Origin: Woeseiaceae bacterium
GTDB taxonomy: Bacteria; Pseudomonadota; Gammaproteobacteria; Steroidobacterales; Woeseiaceae
Reading direction: 5' to 3'
Assembly: GCA_011772865.1 (NCBI GenBank)
Contig: WVYQ01000036.1
Coordinates: 27,178 to 91,177 of the forward strand
DNA: 64,000 bases
Part shown: in pieces, positions 8,370 to 18,881 of the stretch
How the letters are laid out: each line of letters starts with the position of its first letter
Numbering within the stretch: the stretch's first letter is position 1
Notes under the pieces: model-generated
What the model saw: the letters and a program-made list of their open reading frames with translations, nothing else
What the model was told of the DNA's origin: nothing
Databases searched by the model: none
Program-made: the position numbers and the translations under genes

Positions 8370-8400
8370 CGTCCGCTAAGGGTCATTAGCAGACGGTCAG
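8370..8400. repeat. REP-like repeat, copy R6 (module 1 only)
   Basis: CGTCCGCTAA-gggtca-TTAGCAGACG hairpin with one mismatch. Lies between the convergent ThuA-like and secF genes. Confidence 0.7.
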
Positions 8401-8495
8401 GATACACTGAAAATAGGCGATCGAATGACCGGTGTTGTTTGTAAAGCAGTCGTTTCCAGACCACTCAGCTGCGCTCATAATGGCGTAGCACGTGC

Positions 8496-9437
8496 CTATG
8501 GCAGGTCGTCGATAAGATCCGGATCTTTGACGGGTTCGAGCAGGTCCTGCGCGTTGACGCCGAGTAAGAGTGCAGTCGCACTCGCCGTGTAGATCGACGA
8601 GTACGTACCGACAACGATGCCAATGATCAACGCGATCGAGAACGGCGCAATCGACTCGCCGCCCAGCAGCAAAAGCGCAACAAGTACGAGCAACGTAGTG
8701 ACACCCGTGATAATCGTGCGGGCGAGCATCTCGTTGATCGAGGTGTTCATCGACTCTTCGGCCGAGACGCCGCGCAGCTTGAAGAAGTTCTCACGAATAC
8801 GGTCGAACGCGACGACCGTATCGTTGAGCGAGTATCCGATCACGGCGAGCACGGCCGCCACGACGGTCAGGTCGAATGGCAGCTTGAACACGGCAAAAAA
8901 CCCGACCGTGACGATGACGTCATGAGCAAGCGCCGCCACGGCTCCTGCAGCGAACTTCCATTGGAAGCGGATCATCACGTAGACGAAGATCAGCAGTAGC
9001 GCGATGATCATCGCCAGGCCCCCACGTTCGGTGAGTTCCTTGCCCACCTGGGGACTGACGAACTCGACGCGTCTCAGATCGACGCCATCGGTGCCCTCGG
9101 CGATCGTACGGCGCAGGTCCTCGCGCAACTCTTCGGGATTGACCCCTTCCTGTGGTGGCAGGCGCACGAGGACGTCGGTTTCGGTTCCGAATCGTTGCAC
9201 CTGAGCGTCGTCGTATCCGGCCGCAGAGAGATTTTGCCGGATGTTCTCCAGGTTAGCGGGCTCCGGATAGCCGAGCTCGAGCAGGATACCGCCCGTGAAG
9301 TCGATGCCGAACTGAAGGCCTTCTCTCGCCAGCTCGACCAGCGACACGACGACTATGATGACGGAGATCGCAAGCGCGATCTTGCGCCTGGTAACACCAA
9401 GGAAATCGATGTTCGTCTTGTGTTTGATTAAGCGCAT
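8496..9437 (-). CDS. secF: Protein translocase subunit SecF
   Basis: 313 aa. Multi-TM. Directly downstream of secD. Typical FGIDFTGG motif. Confidence 0.92.
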   Translation of the reverse strand: MRLIKHKTNIDFLGVTRRKIALAISVIIVVVSLVELAREGLQFGIDFTGGILLELGYPEPANLENIRQNLSAAGYDDAQVQRFGTETDVLVRLPPQEGVNPEELREDLRRTIAEGTDGVDLRRVEFVSPQVGKELTERGGLAMIIALLLIFVYVMIRFQWKFAAGAVAALAHDVIVTVGFFAVFKLPFDLTVVAAVLAVIGYSLNDTVVAFDRIRENFFKLRGVSAEESMNTSINEMLARTIITGVTTLLVLVALLLLGGESIAPFSIALIIGIVVGTYSSIYTASATALLLGVNAQDLLEPVKDPDLIDDLP

Positions 9438-9447
9438 GATCGACTTC

Positions 9448-11262
9448 CTAGACCGGCAGCGACGACAGCTTGCGGCCGCCGAATACGAAATTGACGATCG
9501 ACCTTGTGCCGACGATCGCCGTAAACATGGACGTAAGAATGCCGATCATCAGCGTGATCGCGAACCCCTTGATCGGCCCCGTACCGAAGGCCAGCAGGAC
9601 AACTGCCGCGATCAGTGTCGTGATATTCGCATCGGCAATCGATGACAGTGCCTTTTCATAGCCCGAGTTGATTGCCGCCTGGGGCGTTGCACCGTCTCGA
9701 AGTTCCTCTCGTATTCGCTCGAATATGAGTACGTTGGCGTCAACTGCCATGCCGACGGTGAGCACGATGCCCGCAATACCCGGCAAGGTCAGCGATGCAC
9801 CGAGGAGTGAGAGCACGGCGGCGATGAAGACGAGGTTCGACAGCAGCGCGACATTGGCGATCATGCCGAACCAGCGGTAGTAGAACGCCATGAACACGAT
9901 GACGGCGAGGAACCCGATCTGGATGGCGCGGAAACCTCGATCGATATTGTCCTGGCCGAGACTCGGGCCGATCGTCCGCTCGTCCACCTGGAATACCGGC
10001 GCCGCCAATGCGCCTGCCCTCAGAAGGACTGCGAGCTTCTGCCCTTCCACGGGCGTTATGCCCGTTATCTGGAAACGATTCTTGAACACGCCGCGAATGG
10101 TGGCGGTGTTAATAATCTCCTCGCTCTTGACGAGGCGCCGCTCGGGAACCCCGTTGCGAACGACCTCTTTCTCCTGCCATTCGATGAACAGCGTGGACAT
10201 CGGTTTGCCCACATTGTCACGCGTCGTCGCGAGCATGCGCTCGCCGCCCGCCGAATCGAGCGTGATGCTGACGGCCGGCTGGCCTTCCGGCGTATAGGTA
10301 AATCCGGCGTCGACGATCTCATCGCCCGAGGCTATGACCTCGCGTTTCAGGACCTGCGTCGGTTCGTTGCCGCGCCCGGGATAGGATCTCGAACCGGGCA
10401 TGTCACCACTTTGGTCGACCAGGCGGAATTCGAGGGTTGCCGTCGCCGTCAGAATACCCTTGAGTTCGTTGGGATCCTGGACACCAGGCAACTGGACGAC
10501 GATTCGGTCGACGCCCTGTCGCTGGACAAGCGGTTCGGCCACGCCCAGCTGATCAACACGGCTGCGCAATGTCGTCATGTTCTGCTCGATCGCAAAGTCC
10601 TGGCGTTCCTTGATTTGCTGGTCGGTCATCCGGACCGTCAGCGACTTGCCATCCGTGCCCTCGGCGACAAGCAGGTTTGGATCGGCCAGGTTCACGAAAC
10701 GGCGCGCGGCCTCGAGGTCCTCGGAACTGGTGAGGCGAATCGTAATAATGCCGTCGTCCAGGTCGACGCGATGGCGGATCCTGGCCTCGCGCAGACGGTC
10801 ATCGATATCCTGCTCATAGCCCTGCATGCGATTGCCGATCGCAGTAGCCATGTCGACCTCGAGCAAAACGTAGACACCGCCACGCAGATCGAGACCCAGG
10901 CTCATCGGGTTCAGGCCGAGGTTTCGCATCCAGTCGGGCAGTCTCGGCGCCGTCGTCAGCGCCACGTTGGTATTGCGCCCGAACCAGGACCTTAGCAACT
11001 CGGCGCCCTCACGCTGATCAGTTTCGCCGGCGAAACGAATCACTCCCCGACCGTCCTTGATGAAGTGCGCTTCAGGTGTAATGTCCTCGCCTTCGAGCGC
11101 ACGCAAGTAGCTGGTTAACTGCTCTTCGGTAACAGCTTCGCCCGCTGAATCCGCAAGCTGCAACGCAGGCGCAGTGCTATAGACATTCGGCATCGCGAAC
11201 AGGATGCCCGTCAGCAAAACGACGAGCACCAGGGTGTTCAACCAGGCGGGATACTTGTTCAC
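9448..11262 (-). CDS. secD: Protein translocase subunit SecD
   Basis: 604 aa. Large periplasmic loop plus a C-terminal RND-like 6-TM bundle. Conserved yajC-secD-secF order. Confidence 0.92.
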   Translation of the reverse strand: MNKYPAWLNTLVLVVLLTGILFAMPNVYSTAPALQLADSAGEAVTEEQLTSYLRALEGEDITPEAHFIKDGRGVIRFAGETDQREGAELLRSWFGRNTNVALTTAPRLPDWMRNLGLNPMSLGLDLRGGVYVLLEVDMATAIGNRMQGYEQDIDDRLREARIRHRVDLDDGIITIRLTSSEDLEAARRFVNLADPNLLVAEGTDGKSLTVRMTDQQIKERQDFAIEQNMTTLRSRVDQLGVAEPLVQRQGVDRIVVQLPGVQDPNELKGILTATATLEFRLVDQSGDMPGSRSYPGRGNEPTQVLKREVIASGDEIVDAGFTYTPEGQPAVSITLDSAGGERMLATTRDNVGKPMSTLFIEWQEKEVVRNGVPERRLVKSEEIINTATIRGVFKNRFQITGITPVEGQKLAVLLRAGALAAPVFQVDERTIGPSLGQDNIDRGFRAIQIGFLAVIVFMAFYYRWFGMIANVALLSNLVFIAAVLSLLGASLTLPGIAGIVLTVGMAVDANVLIFERIREELRDGATPQAAINSGYEKALSSIADANITTLIAAVVLLAFGTGPIKGFAITLMIGILTSMFTAIVGTRSIVNFVFGGRKLSSLPV

Positions 11263-11582
11263 GCGTTGTCGAAAGTATCTTTGGGTACGACTGCGGCGAC
11301 GCTCGTCTTCTGGATCTTGATTTCGGTGTTATCGGCGATCTTGACGACTGCGTAGTGATCCGAGATGCCGGTGATAATGCCGAGAATGCCGCCGGTCGTC
11401 AGTACTTCGTCGCCAACCTTGAGCGCAGCGACAAGCTGGGCGTGTTCTTTCTGCCGTTTCTGGTTCGGGCGAATCGCGATGAAATACATGAGCGCGATGA
11501 ACGCCACCATGACCAGGAGCGGACTGAATCCGCCACCCTGCGGCGCGCCCTGCGCGTAAGCGTTTTGTATCAGGAAGTCCAT
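11259..11582 (-). CDS. yajC: Preprotein translocase subunit YajC
   Basis: 107 aa. Single TM followed by ...RPNQKRQKEHAQLVAALKVGDEVLTTGGILG..., the typical YajC core. Its stop overlaps the secD start. Confidence 0.9.
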   Translation of the reverse strand: MDFLIQNAYAQGAPQGGGFSPLLVMVAFIALMYFIAIRPNQKRQKEHAQLVAALKVGDEVLTTGGILGIITGISDHYAVVKIADNTEIKIQKTSVAAVVPKDTFDNA

Positions 11583-11687
11583 GAGTCTATTGCTTTTTGT
11601 TACGGGCCGTGTGGGTGCCCCCGAAAATCAGCGCGGTATTATGGCACAGAGCAATGGAAATAAGGGCGGGTTCGGGAATCCCAAGCC

Positions 11688-13819
<2,132 letters not shown>

Positions 13820-13833
13820 AACGGCGGCGATTA

Positions 13834-13875
13834 TCGCAAAAAGAACGGGGTCAGAGCCCTGCGGCTCTGACCCCG
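13834..13875 (-). terminator. Rho-independent terminator after the PDZ-protein gene
   Basis: Perfect 12-bp stem GGGGTCAGAGCC (13847-13858), loop ctgc, then GGCTCTGACCCC (13863-13874). On the minus strand it is followed by ttcttttt. Confidence 0.75.
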
Positions 13876-13905
13876 TGCAACCAGGAAGGAAACGCTGAAC
13901 TGCCT

Positions 13906-14970
13906 TCAGGTCTTCTCGCTGCGTGGGACGGGCGCCGGGCGAGGCACCGGGCGAGGGGCCGAGGCCGGGACCGGGACCGGCGCGGGCTCCGGTGCCCACC
14001 GCATGCTGCTGCGATCATCAGGGATTTCTATCGCGAGCGTGCGCTTTCTCTTTTCGCGCATGATTTCGAGCTCGATACTCTCACCGGCCTGGTAGGAGCC
14101 CAATATCCGTAGCGCGTGGCGTACCGATGTCGGCTCGCGCCCGTCAATGCCCAGGATGACATCGCCATCTTCGAGTTGCAGCGCATCCGATGAGGGCGCG
14201 CTGACGACGAGGACACCGCTGTCGGTTCCAAAGTATTTGCCAAGCCCATCGCTCAACTCAACGAGTTCCATATCGGCCCAGACGTTTCCCGGCCAGGCAA
14301 ACACAAAAGTCTCTTTAAATTTTTCGGGCGCTCCTGGCGCGACGTGTATCTCGGGTACGGCCGGCATGCTGAAGTCGCGGGGTGCGCCGAATGCATACGC
14401 ACGCACATCGACCGGACGTGGCTCGACCTCGACCGTGCCGACTTTCCCGTCACGCAGGTATTCGACCTCGAGGATGTCGCCCTGCTGGACACCTTCCATG
14501 AAGTCGAGGACCTGGCGATTTGCCTCGCCGGAACTTTCGGCGCCAAGAGACTCGCCATTGATAGCCGTGATGATGTCACCGGCACGCAGGCCTGCATCAT
14601 CTGCGGCACTGCCCGGCGTTACGGCAGCAACGCTGACACCCTCGACCGGACCGTCCTGTTCGGCCTTGCCTATCGTGACGCCCAGACGAGGTTTGCCGTC
14701 TGCGATGAATTCGAAACTGCGGACGTACTCCTCGAACTGGGGCAGGCGTTCCTGGGTCAGTTCGGCAATCCGGCGCGCCGCCTCTGCCATGCGGCGCTCC
14801 TGCTCCTCGAGCTCCCTCGCAACTTCGGCCTCACGTGCTTCGACGCGAGCCTTTGCTGCTTCGGCAGCAGCCGCCTCTTTGCGCTCGAGCTCTTCCTGGC
14901 TTTGCGCAGCGGCCTGCCCCGCGAACAGCAGCATGGCCGCTACCGGGATCAGAACTTTTAAAACTTTCAT
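13906..14970 (-). CDS. Periplasmic double-PDZ protein with N-terminal coiled coil; no protease domain
   Basis: Start taken at ATG 14970 (MKVLKVLIPVAAMLLFAGQAAAQ, a signal peptide). Two PDZ-like segments (GVSVAAVTPGSAADDAGLRAGDIITAINGESL and GVLVVSAPSSDALQLEDGDVILGIDGREP) and a Pro-rich tail. Confidence 0.6.
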   Translation of the reverse strand: MKVLKVLIPVAAMLLFAGQAAAQSQEELERKEAAAAEAAKARVEAREAEVARELEEQERRMAEAARRIAELTQERLPQFEEYVRSFEFIADGKPRLGVTIGKAEQDGPVEGVSVAAVTPGSAADDAGLRAGDIITAINGESLGAESSGEANRQVLDFMEGVQQGDILEVEYLRDGKVGTVEVEPRPVDVRAYAFGAPRDFSMPAVPEIHVAPGAPEKFKETFVFAWPGNVWADMELVELSDGLGKYFGTDSGVLVVSAPSSDALQLEDGDVILGIDGREPTSVRHALRILGSYQAGESIELEIMREKRKRTLAIEIPDDRSSMRWAPEPAPVPVPASAPRPVPRPAPVPRSEKT

Positions 14971-14986
14971 GCGTGTATCTCCTCGA

Positions 14987-15571
14987 TCAATAGCCCGTCC
15001 GCTGCGCCTGCGCATAGCGCAAACCGACGAGCAACTTCATCAACCTGACGCGCTCGCGCCAGAATATCTCTTCTTCCTCATCCGTCATCTGCAGCGACGG
15101 ATCATTAAGCTGGTAATCGATGGCGGTGATCCGGTCTTCGATCTCGCTGATCGTAGCGACGGTGCCGGCCTGCATTACGCGCGGCGCCTCGGGCATCGCA
15201 CGAAGATCGTCTTCGAGTTGGCGTGACTCGACCATCAGCGCCTGCAGCACATTGACCTGGCTCGAACTGTCGTCCCGGGCCGCGATCGGCGGCTCCGTGA
15301 CGCCCGTATTGGTCTCGTTCACCAGGGCCGGCACCAGCACCGCAACCAGGGCGATCGCGGCTGCGAGGCCGAAACCGCCGTTCCAGGTCATCGGCCGGCG
15401 CATCACGCTCTGCTTGATCAGGCCTTCAGCTTCGGCCTGCTCGCGAATGCGCTGCCAGACAGCGCGAGGAGGCATCACCTCCGGTAGCTCTCTGAGCTCC
15501 TGCTGCAACAGGTCGCGTTCATCCGCGGTCAATCCACAAATCATCTCTTTGTCCTTCTTGTCTTTCGACAT
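14987..15571 (-). CDS. Putative single-pass anti-sigma factor
   Basis: ATG 15571 lies 2 nt after the sigma-factor TGA. Short cytoplasmic N-terminus, TM GGFGLAAAIALVAVLVPALV, and a periplasmic C-terminal domain. The call rests on position after an ECF sigma gene. No ZAS HxxxCxxC motif. Confidence 0.5.
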   Translation of the reverse strand: MSKDKKDKEMICGLTADERDLLQQELRELPEVMPPRAVWQRIREQAEAEGLIKQSVMRRPMTWNGGFGLAAAIALVAVLVPALVNETNTGVTEPPIAARDDSSSQVNVLQALMVESRQLEDDLRAMPEAPRVMQAGTVATISEIEDRITAIDYQLNDPSLQMTDEEEEIFWRERVRLMKLLVGLRYAQAQRTGY

Positions 15572-15573
15572 TC

Positions 15574-16173
15574 TCAGCAACCTCTCAGTGCTGCACCTTC
15601 ACCTTGCACATCCTCTTCGGGGACCGAAAGCATCGGTCTGAGGCGTTGGTAAGCCCGGGAAAGCTGCGACTTCGAGAAACTCTCGGTCCTGCCCATCAAC
15701 GCAGCGATTTCCTTGTGCGTAAACCCTTCCACGTCATGCAGCCAGACGACCGCCCGACTCGTCGAGGGCAGGTTTGCCAGCGCCATGTCGAGATCCAGGG
15801 CTTCGTCGGGCTGGCTCGGCACGCCATGACTCGAAACGTCACCCGGCGTAACCTCGTGCCAGTCATCCGCCAGCGCCTGGCCTTTTGCGGTCCAGGCCGA
15901 TCGCAGGTGCATCAGCGCTTTCGATACCGCAATTCGTCGTATCCAGCTTCCGAGCGCCGCTTCGCCGCGAAACTTCGCGATCGAGCGCATGATCTCTATA
16001 AACGTTTCCTGCACCAGGTCTTCAGCCTGCGCCGGCACTTTTGTAAATCGCAGGCACAGTGAGTAGACCGGAGCCGCAAACGCGCGATAGATGATCTCGT
16101 AAGCGCGCGCGTCACCGCGCGCAGCCCGCCGGACTATCGCCGGGTCTACCTGGATTTCGGCAAACTTGCTCAT
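15574..16173 (-). CDS. ECF (group 4) sigma-70 family RNA polymerase sigma factor
   Basis: Start taken at ATG 16173 (MSKFAEIQ...). Region 2 (YRAFAAPVYSLCLRFTKVPAQAEDLVQETFIEI) and region 4 HTH (VWLHDVEGFTHKEIAALMGRTESFSKSQLSRA). Confidence 0.85.
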   Translation of the reverse strand: MSKFAEIQVDPAIVRRAARGDARAYEIIYRAFAAPVYSLCLRFTKVPAQAEDLVQETFIEIMRSIAKFRGEAALGSWIRRIAVSKALMHLRSAWTAKGQALADDWHEVTPGDVSSHGVPSQPDEALDLDMALANLPSTSRAVVWLHDVEGFTHKEIAALMGRTESFSKSQLSRAYQRLRPMLSVPEEDVQGEGAALRGC

Positions 16174-16274
16174 GACTCGCAATATTAGATGCCTACTGCC
16201 GGAAAAGCGTCGCACAACGAGGAAATATTTTGGGCTCTGGCAGGGAAGTCTTGCCGCGCATATACTTGCCCGCG

Positions 16275-16361
16275 TGCCGGGGTGGCGGAACTGGTAGACG
16301 CGCCGGATTCAAAATCCGGTTTCCGAAAGGAAGTGAGGGTTCGATTCCCTCCTCCGGCACC
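16275..16361 (+). tRNA. tRNA-Leu (anticodon CAA)
   Basis: Hand-folded. Acceptor GCCGGGG/CTCCGGC, anticodon stem CCGGA/TCCGG with loop TTCAAAA, a long variable arm (class II), T-arm GAGGG-TTCGATT-CCCTC, and an encoded CCA. Confidence 0.9.
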
Positions 16362-16372
16362 AGCTCCTGATT

Positions 16373-16918
16373 ATGATTCTCCAGATTAAATACTGCTCAA
16401 ACTGCGGCCAGTCCGTATCACGCCGGACGCCGGACGGCGACACTCACGAACGCTGGGTGTGCGATACCTGTGGCCTGATCCACTACCAGAATCCAATTCC
16501 GGTCGTGGGCTGTGTGCCGGAGCGCGACGGCAAAATCCTGTTGTGCAAGCGGGCGATCGAGCCGCGCTATGGCTGCTGGACCGTGCCGGCCGGCTTCCTG
16601 GAACTCGGCGAATCCAGTGTGGCCGGAGCCGGGCGCGAAACGGTGGAAGAGGCCTGCGCCGAGGTGGAGATCGGCCATTTGTTTGCCGTCGTCGACGTCA
16701 TCGATGCCGGGCAAATACACCTTTTCTACACGGCGAAGCTGGTCAGCGATTTCAGTCCGGGCGAGGAAAGCCTCGATGTCCGGCTGTTCGAGGAAGACGA
16801 GATCCCGTGGGACGAGATCGCTTTCCACAGTGGACGCTACGCGTTAAGAAAGTATTTCGAGGATCGCGGCCGGAACAACGGCGTGCACGTGCACGAGCTG
16901 CGTCGGGCCAAAACGTAA
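16373..16918 (+). CDS. NUDIX hydrolase with N-terminal zinc ribbon
   Basis: 181 aa. CSNCG...CDTCG zinc ribbon and Nudix box GFLELGESSVAGAGRETVEEACAEV. Confidence 0.8.
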   Translation: MILQIKYCSNCGQSVSRRTPDGDTHERWVCDTCGLIHYQNPIPVVGCVPERDGKILLCKRAIEPRYGCWTVPAGFLELGESSVAGAGRETVEEACAEVEIGHLFAVVDVIDAGQIHLFYTAKLVSDFSPGEESLDVRLFEEDEIPWDEIAFHSGRYALRKYFEDRGRNNGVHVHELRRAKT

Positions 16919-16932
16919 TCCGCCCGAATCGA

Positions 16933-17685
16933 TTACCTTGCGGCAGATTGTTCGAGCGTCGCGAGCAGTTGATCCGGCGCGAGATAGCCGCCGATCAGCG
17001 TGCCGTCCTCGAGGACGATCGCGGGCGTTCCGCTGAGGCCAACATCGCGACCCATAACATAGTGGTCCTGAACGATCGAAGCGTCGCACTTGGCCGTCGG
17101 AAAATCGCGATCGAGCTTTGCCTGCGTCAATGCATTGCGGCGATCCGCCGAACACCAGACGTCTTCGGCCTTGCCCCAGGCCTGGGAGGCTGGGCCATTG
17201 CGCGGATACATAAGGTAACGCACCTCGATGCCGAGCTCCATGTACTGCTCGATCTGGCTATGCAGTCGCCGGCAGTAGGTGCAATCGATATCGGTAAAAA
17301 CGGAAACCGAGTACTTGACCTCAGAAGGCGAAAACACGATCGCCTGGTCATCGGGGACGCTCGAGATAAGCTCGCGACGTGACTCGGTGCGGACAGTTTC
17401 GCTCAAGTTGACCTGCAGCTGCAGGTCGACGAGATCGCCCTGCAGCAGGTAGCGGCCGTCAGCCGAAATGTAAGCGACGATCGAGCCTTTATGGATCGTG
17501 TACCACCCGTCGATCGGGCTCGGAGTAACGTCTTCGGCCTCGATCAGGTCGAACATTTCCACAACCTTGGCGCGGACTGCCTCGAGTTCCGCATCTGTGC
17601 TCTGCGCATACGCGCTCGAGGAAACCGCGAAGGTCATAACGATCGCAAATGTCTTGCCTAAGGTTTTCAGGGTCATACGGCTCAT
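16933..17685 (-). CDS. dsbC: Thiol:disulfide interchange protein DsbC
   Basis: 250 aa. Signal peptide, N-terminal dimerisation domain, thioredoxin fold with DIDCTYCRRLH. Adjacent to xerD, as in many gammaproteobacteria. Confidence 0.85.
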   Translation of the reverse strand: MSRMTLKTLGKTFAIVMTFAVSSSAYAQSTDAELEAVRAKVVEMFDLIEAEDVTPSPIDGWYTIHKGSIVAYISADGRYLLQGDLVDLQLQVNLSETVRTESRRELISSVPDDQAIVFSPSEVKYSVSVFTDIDCTYCRRLHSQIEQYMELGIEVRYLMYPRNGPASQAWGKAEDVWCSADRRNALTQAKLDRDFPTAKCDASIVQDHYVMGRDVGLSGTPAIVLEDGTLIGGYLAPDQLLATLEQSAAR

Positions 17686-17785
17686 TGCAGATACTCTGTA
17701 CGGCGATTCGCGCCTCGCTAACTCGGACCATTACGGTGCCCGCCGGTTCCCCGGCGCGCAGAGTGTAACAAAAGGCCGGGCTATG

Positions 17786-18727
17786 TCAGCCCCGCGGATG
17801 GTGGTCGCCGTGCAGGTCCTTGAGCCGCTCGCGCGCAACGTGCGTATAGATCTGCGTCGTGCTGAGATCGCTATGGCCAAGCAGGAGTTGAACGACTCGC
17901 AGATCGGCACCCCGATTGAGGAGGTGTGTCGCGAACGCATGCCGCAGGCTATGTGGTGACAGCTTCTTGCGGACGCCGGCTTTTTCGGCATAGCGCTTGA
18001 TGATGTGCCAGAAGGCCTGGCGGGTCATACGGTCGCCGCGCCGCGTCGGGAACAGGTAATCCGTTTGCCGCTCCAGCAAGATCTCCATGCGCGGACCATC
18101 GATGAAGTCCCTGAGCCAGCGCTGCGATTCCTCGCCGAGAGGGATAAGCCTCTCGCGATCGCCTTTACCGACGATACGCAAAACGCCCTGGTTGAAGTTA
18201 ATCTGCGACTGCTTGAGGTTAATCAGCTCAGAGACTCGCAATCCAGTTGCGTACAATAGCTCCAGCATGGCCCGATCGCGGTGGCCGAGCGGTTCGTCCG
18301 TGTTCGGAGCGCTGAGCAGCGCATCGACTTCATCCTCGCTGAGGGTTTTTGGCAGCGAGCGCCCGATACGCGGCATCTCGATGTCGGCAGTCGGGTCGTT
18401 GTCACGCAGACCCTCGCGCATGATGTAGCGGAAGAAGCGGCGAAAACTCGACAGCTGTCGCGCCGTCGATCGTGGCTTGGCACCGCCTTCAACGCGATGA
18501 GCAATGAAAGCCAGGAGATCAGCCTTGTCCGCCTGTTCGATAGTTTTGTCGTTTTCAGCGAGGCCGCGGCCCAGCGTCATCAGGTCCGCCCGGTACGCGC
18601 CGAGCGTGTTCTGCGACAGGCCGCGCTCCATCCAGATCGCATCGAGAAAGCGATCCACGAGTTCCTCGGAGCGAGCGACGGTTGCTGATTCCTGTGTGTT
18701 CTGGTCTTTGCTGGCCATAGATTCCAT
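17786..18727 (-). CDS. xerD: Tyrosine recombinase XerD (chromosome dimer resolution)
   Basis: Start trimmed to ATG 18727 or 18718. C-terminal catalytic motifs HSLRHAFATHLL and LLGHSDLSTTQIYTHV. Confidence 0.88.
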   Translation of the reverse strand: MESMASKDQNTQESATVARSEELVDRFLDAIWMERGLSQNTLGAYRADLMTLGRGLAENDKTIEQADKADLLAFIAHRVEGGAKPRSTARQLSSFRRFFRYIMREGLRDNDPTADIEMPRIGRSLPKTLSEDEVDALLSAPNTDEPLGHRDRAMLELLYATGLRVSELINLKQSQINFNQGVLRIVGKGDRERLIPLGEESQRWLRDFIDGPRMEILLERQTDYLFPTRRGDRMTRQAFWHIIKRYAEKAGVRKKLSPHSLRHAFATHLLNRGADLRVVQLLLGHSDLSTTQIYTHVARERLKDLHGDHHPRG

Positions 18728-18881
18728 CTGTTCAGTCGCGCAATCCTTTGCGGTAGCATACGCCGGTTTTGTTGCCTGCCGGCGACGCCAAGCGACGGAT
18801 TTTTCAAGGGTTTGAGTATGGGGACGACGCCTCGCAATCGACGTGATCGCTGTCACATATTCCAGAAGGCATTGACATAAA

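Noticed and set aside
4003-8400. CRISPR array, considered for both the island repeats and the 33-bp tandem repeat at 52299-52397.
   Set aside because: The island repeats are separated by whole genes of irregular length (0.5-1.5 kb). The 33-bp units are contiguous, have no spacers, and lie in frame inside a CDS.
3959-8495. Integron gene-cassette array (CALIN), with the repeats acting as attC sites.
   Set aside because: There is no intI. The repeat ends do not give consistent RYYYAAC / GTTRRRY cores (GTTCAAC, GTTGAAG, GTTTCCA). ORFs lie on both strands, and module orientation is not tied to ORF orientation. A REP-like element is the more economical reading, although a proper attC covariance search was not possible.
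13820-13999. A 60-aa Gly/Pro-rich N-terminal extension of QueA in track ORF 12800..13999.
   Set aside because: It is the antisense of the Pro-rich C-terminus of the PDZ protein, and it spans a strong terminator hairpin. The canonical QueA N-terminus MLLSDFDY starts at 13819.
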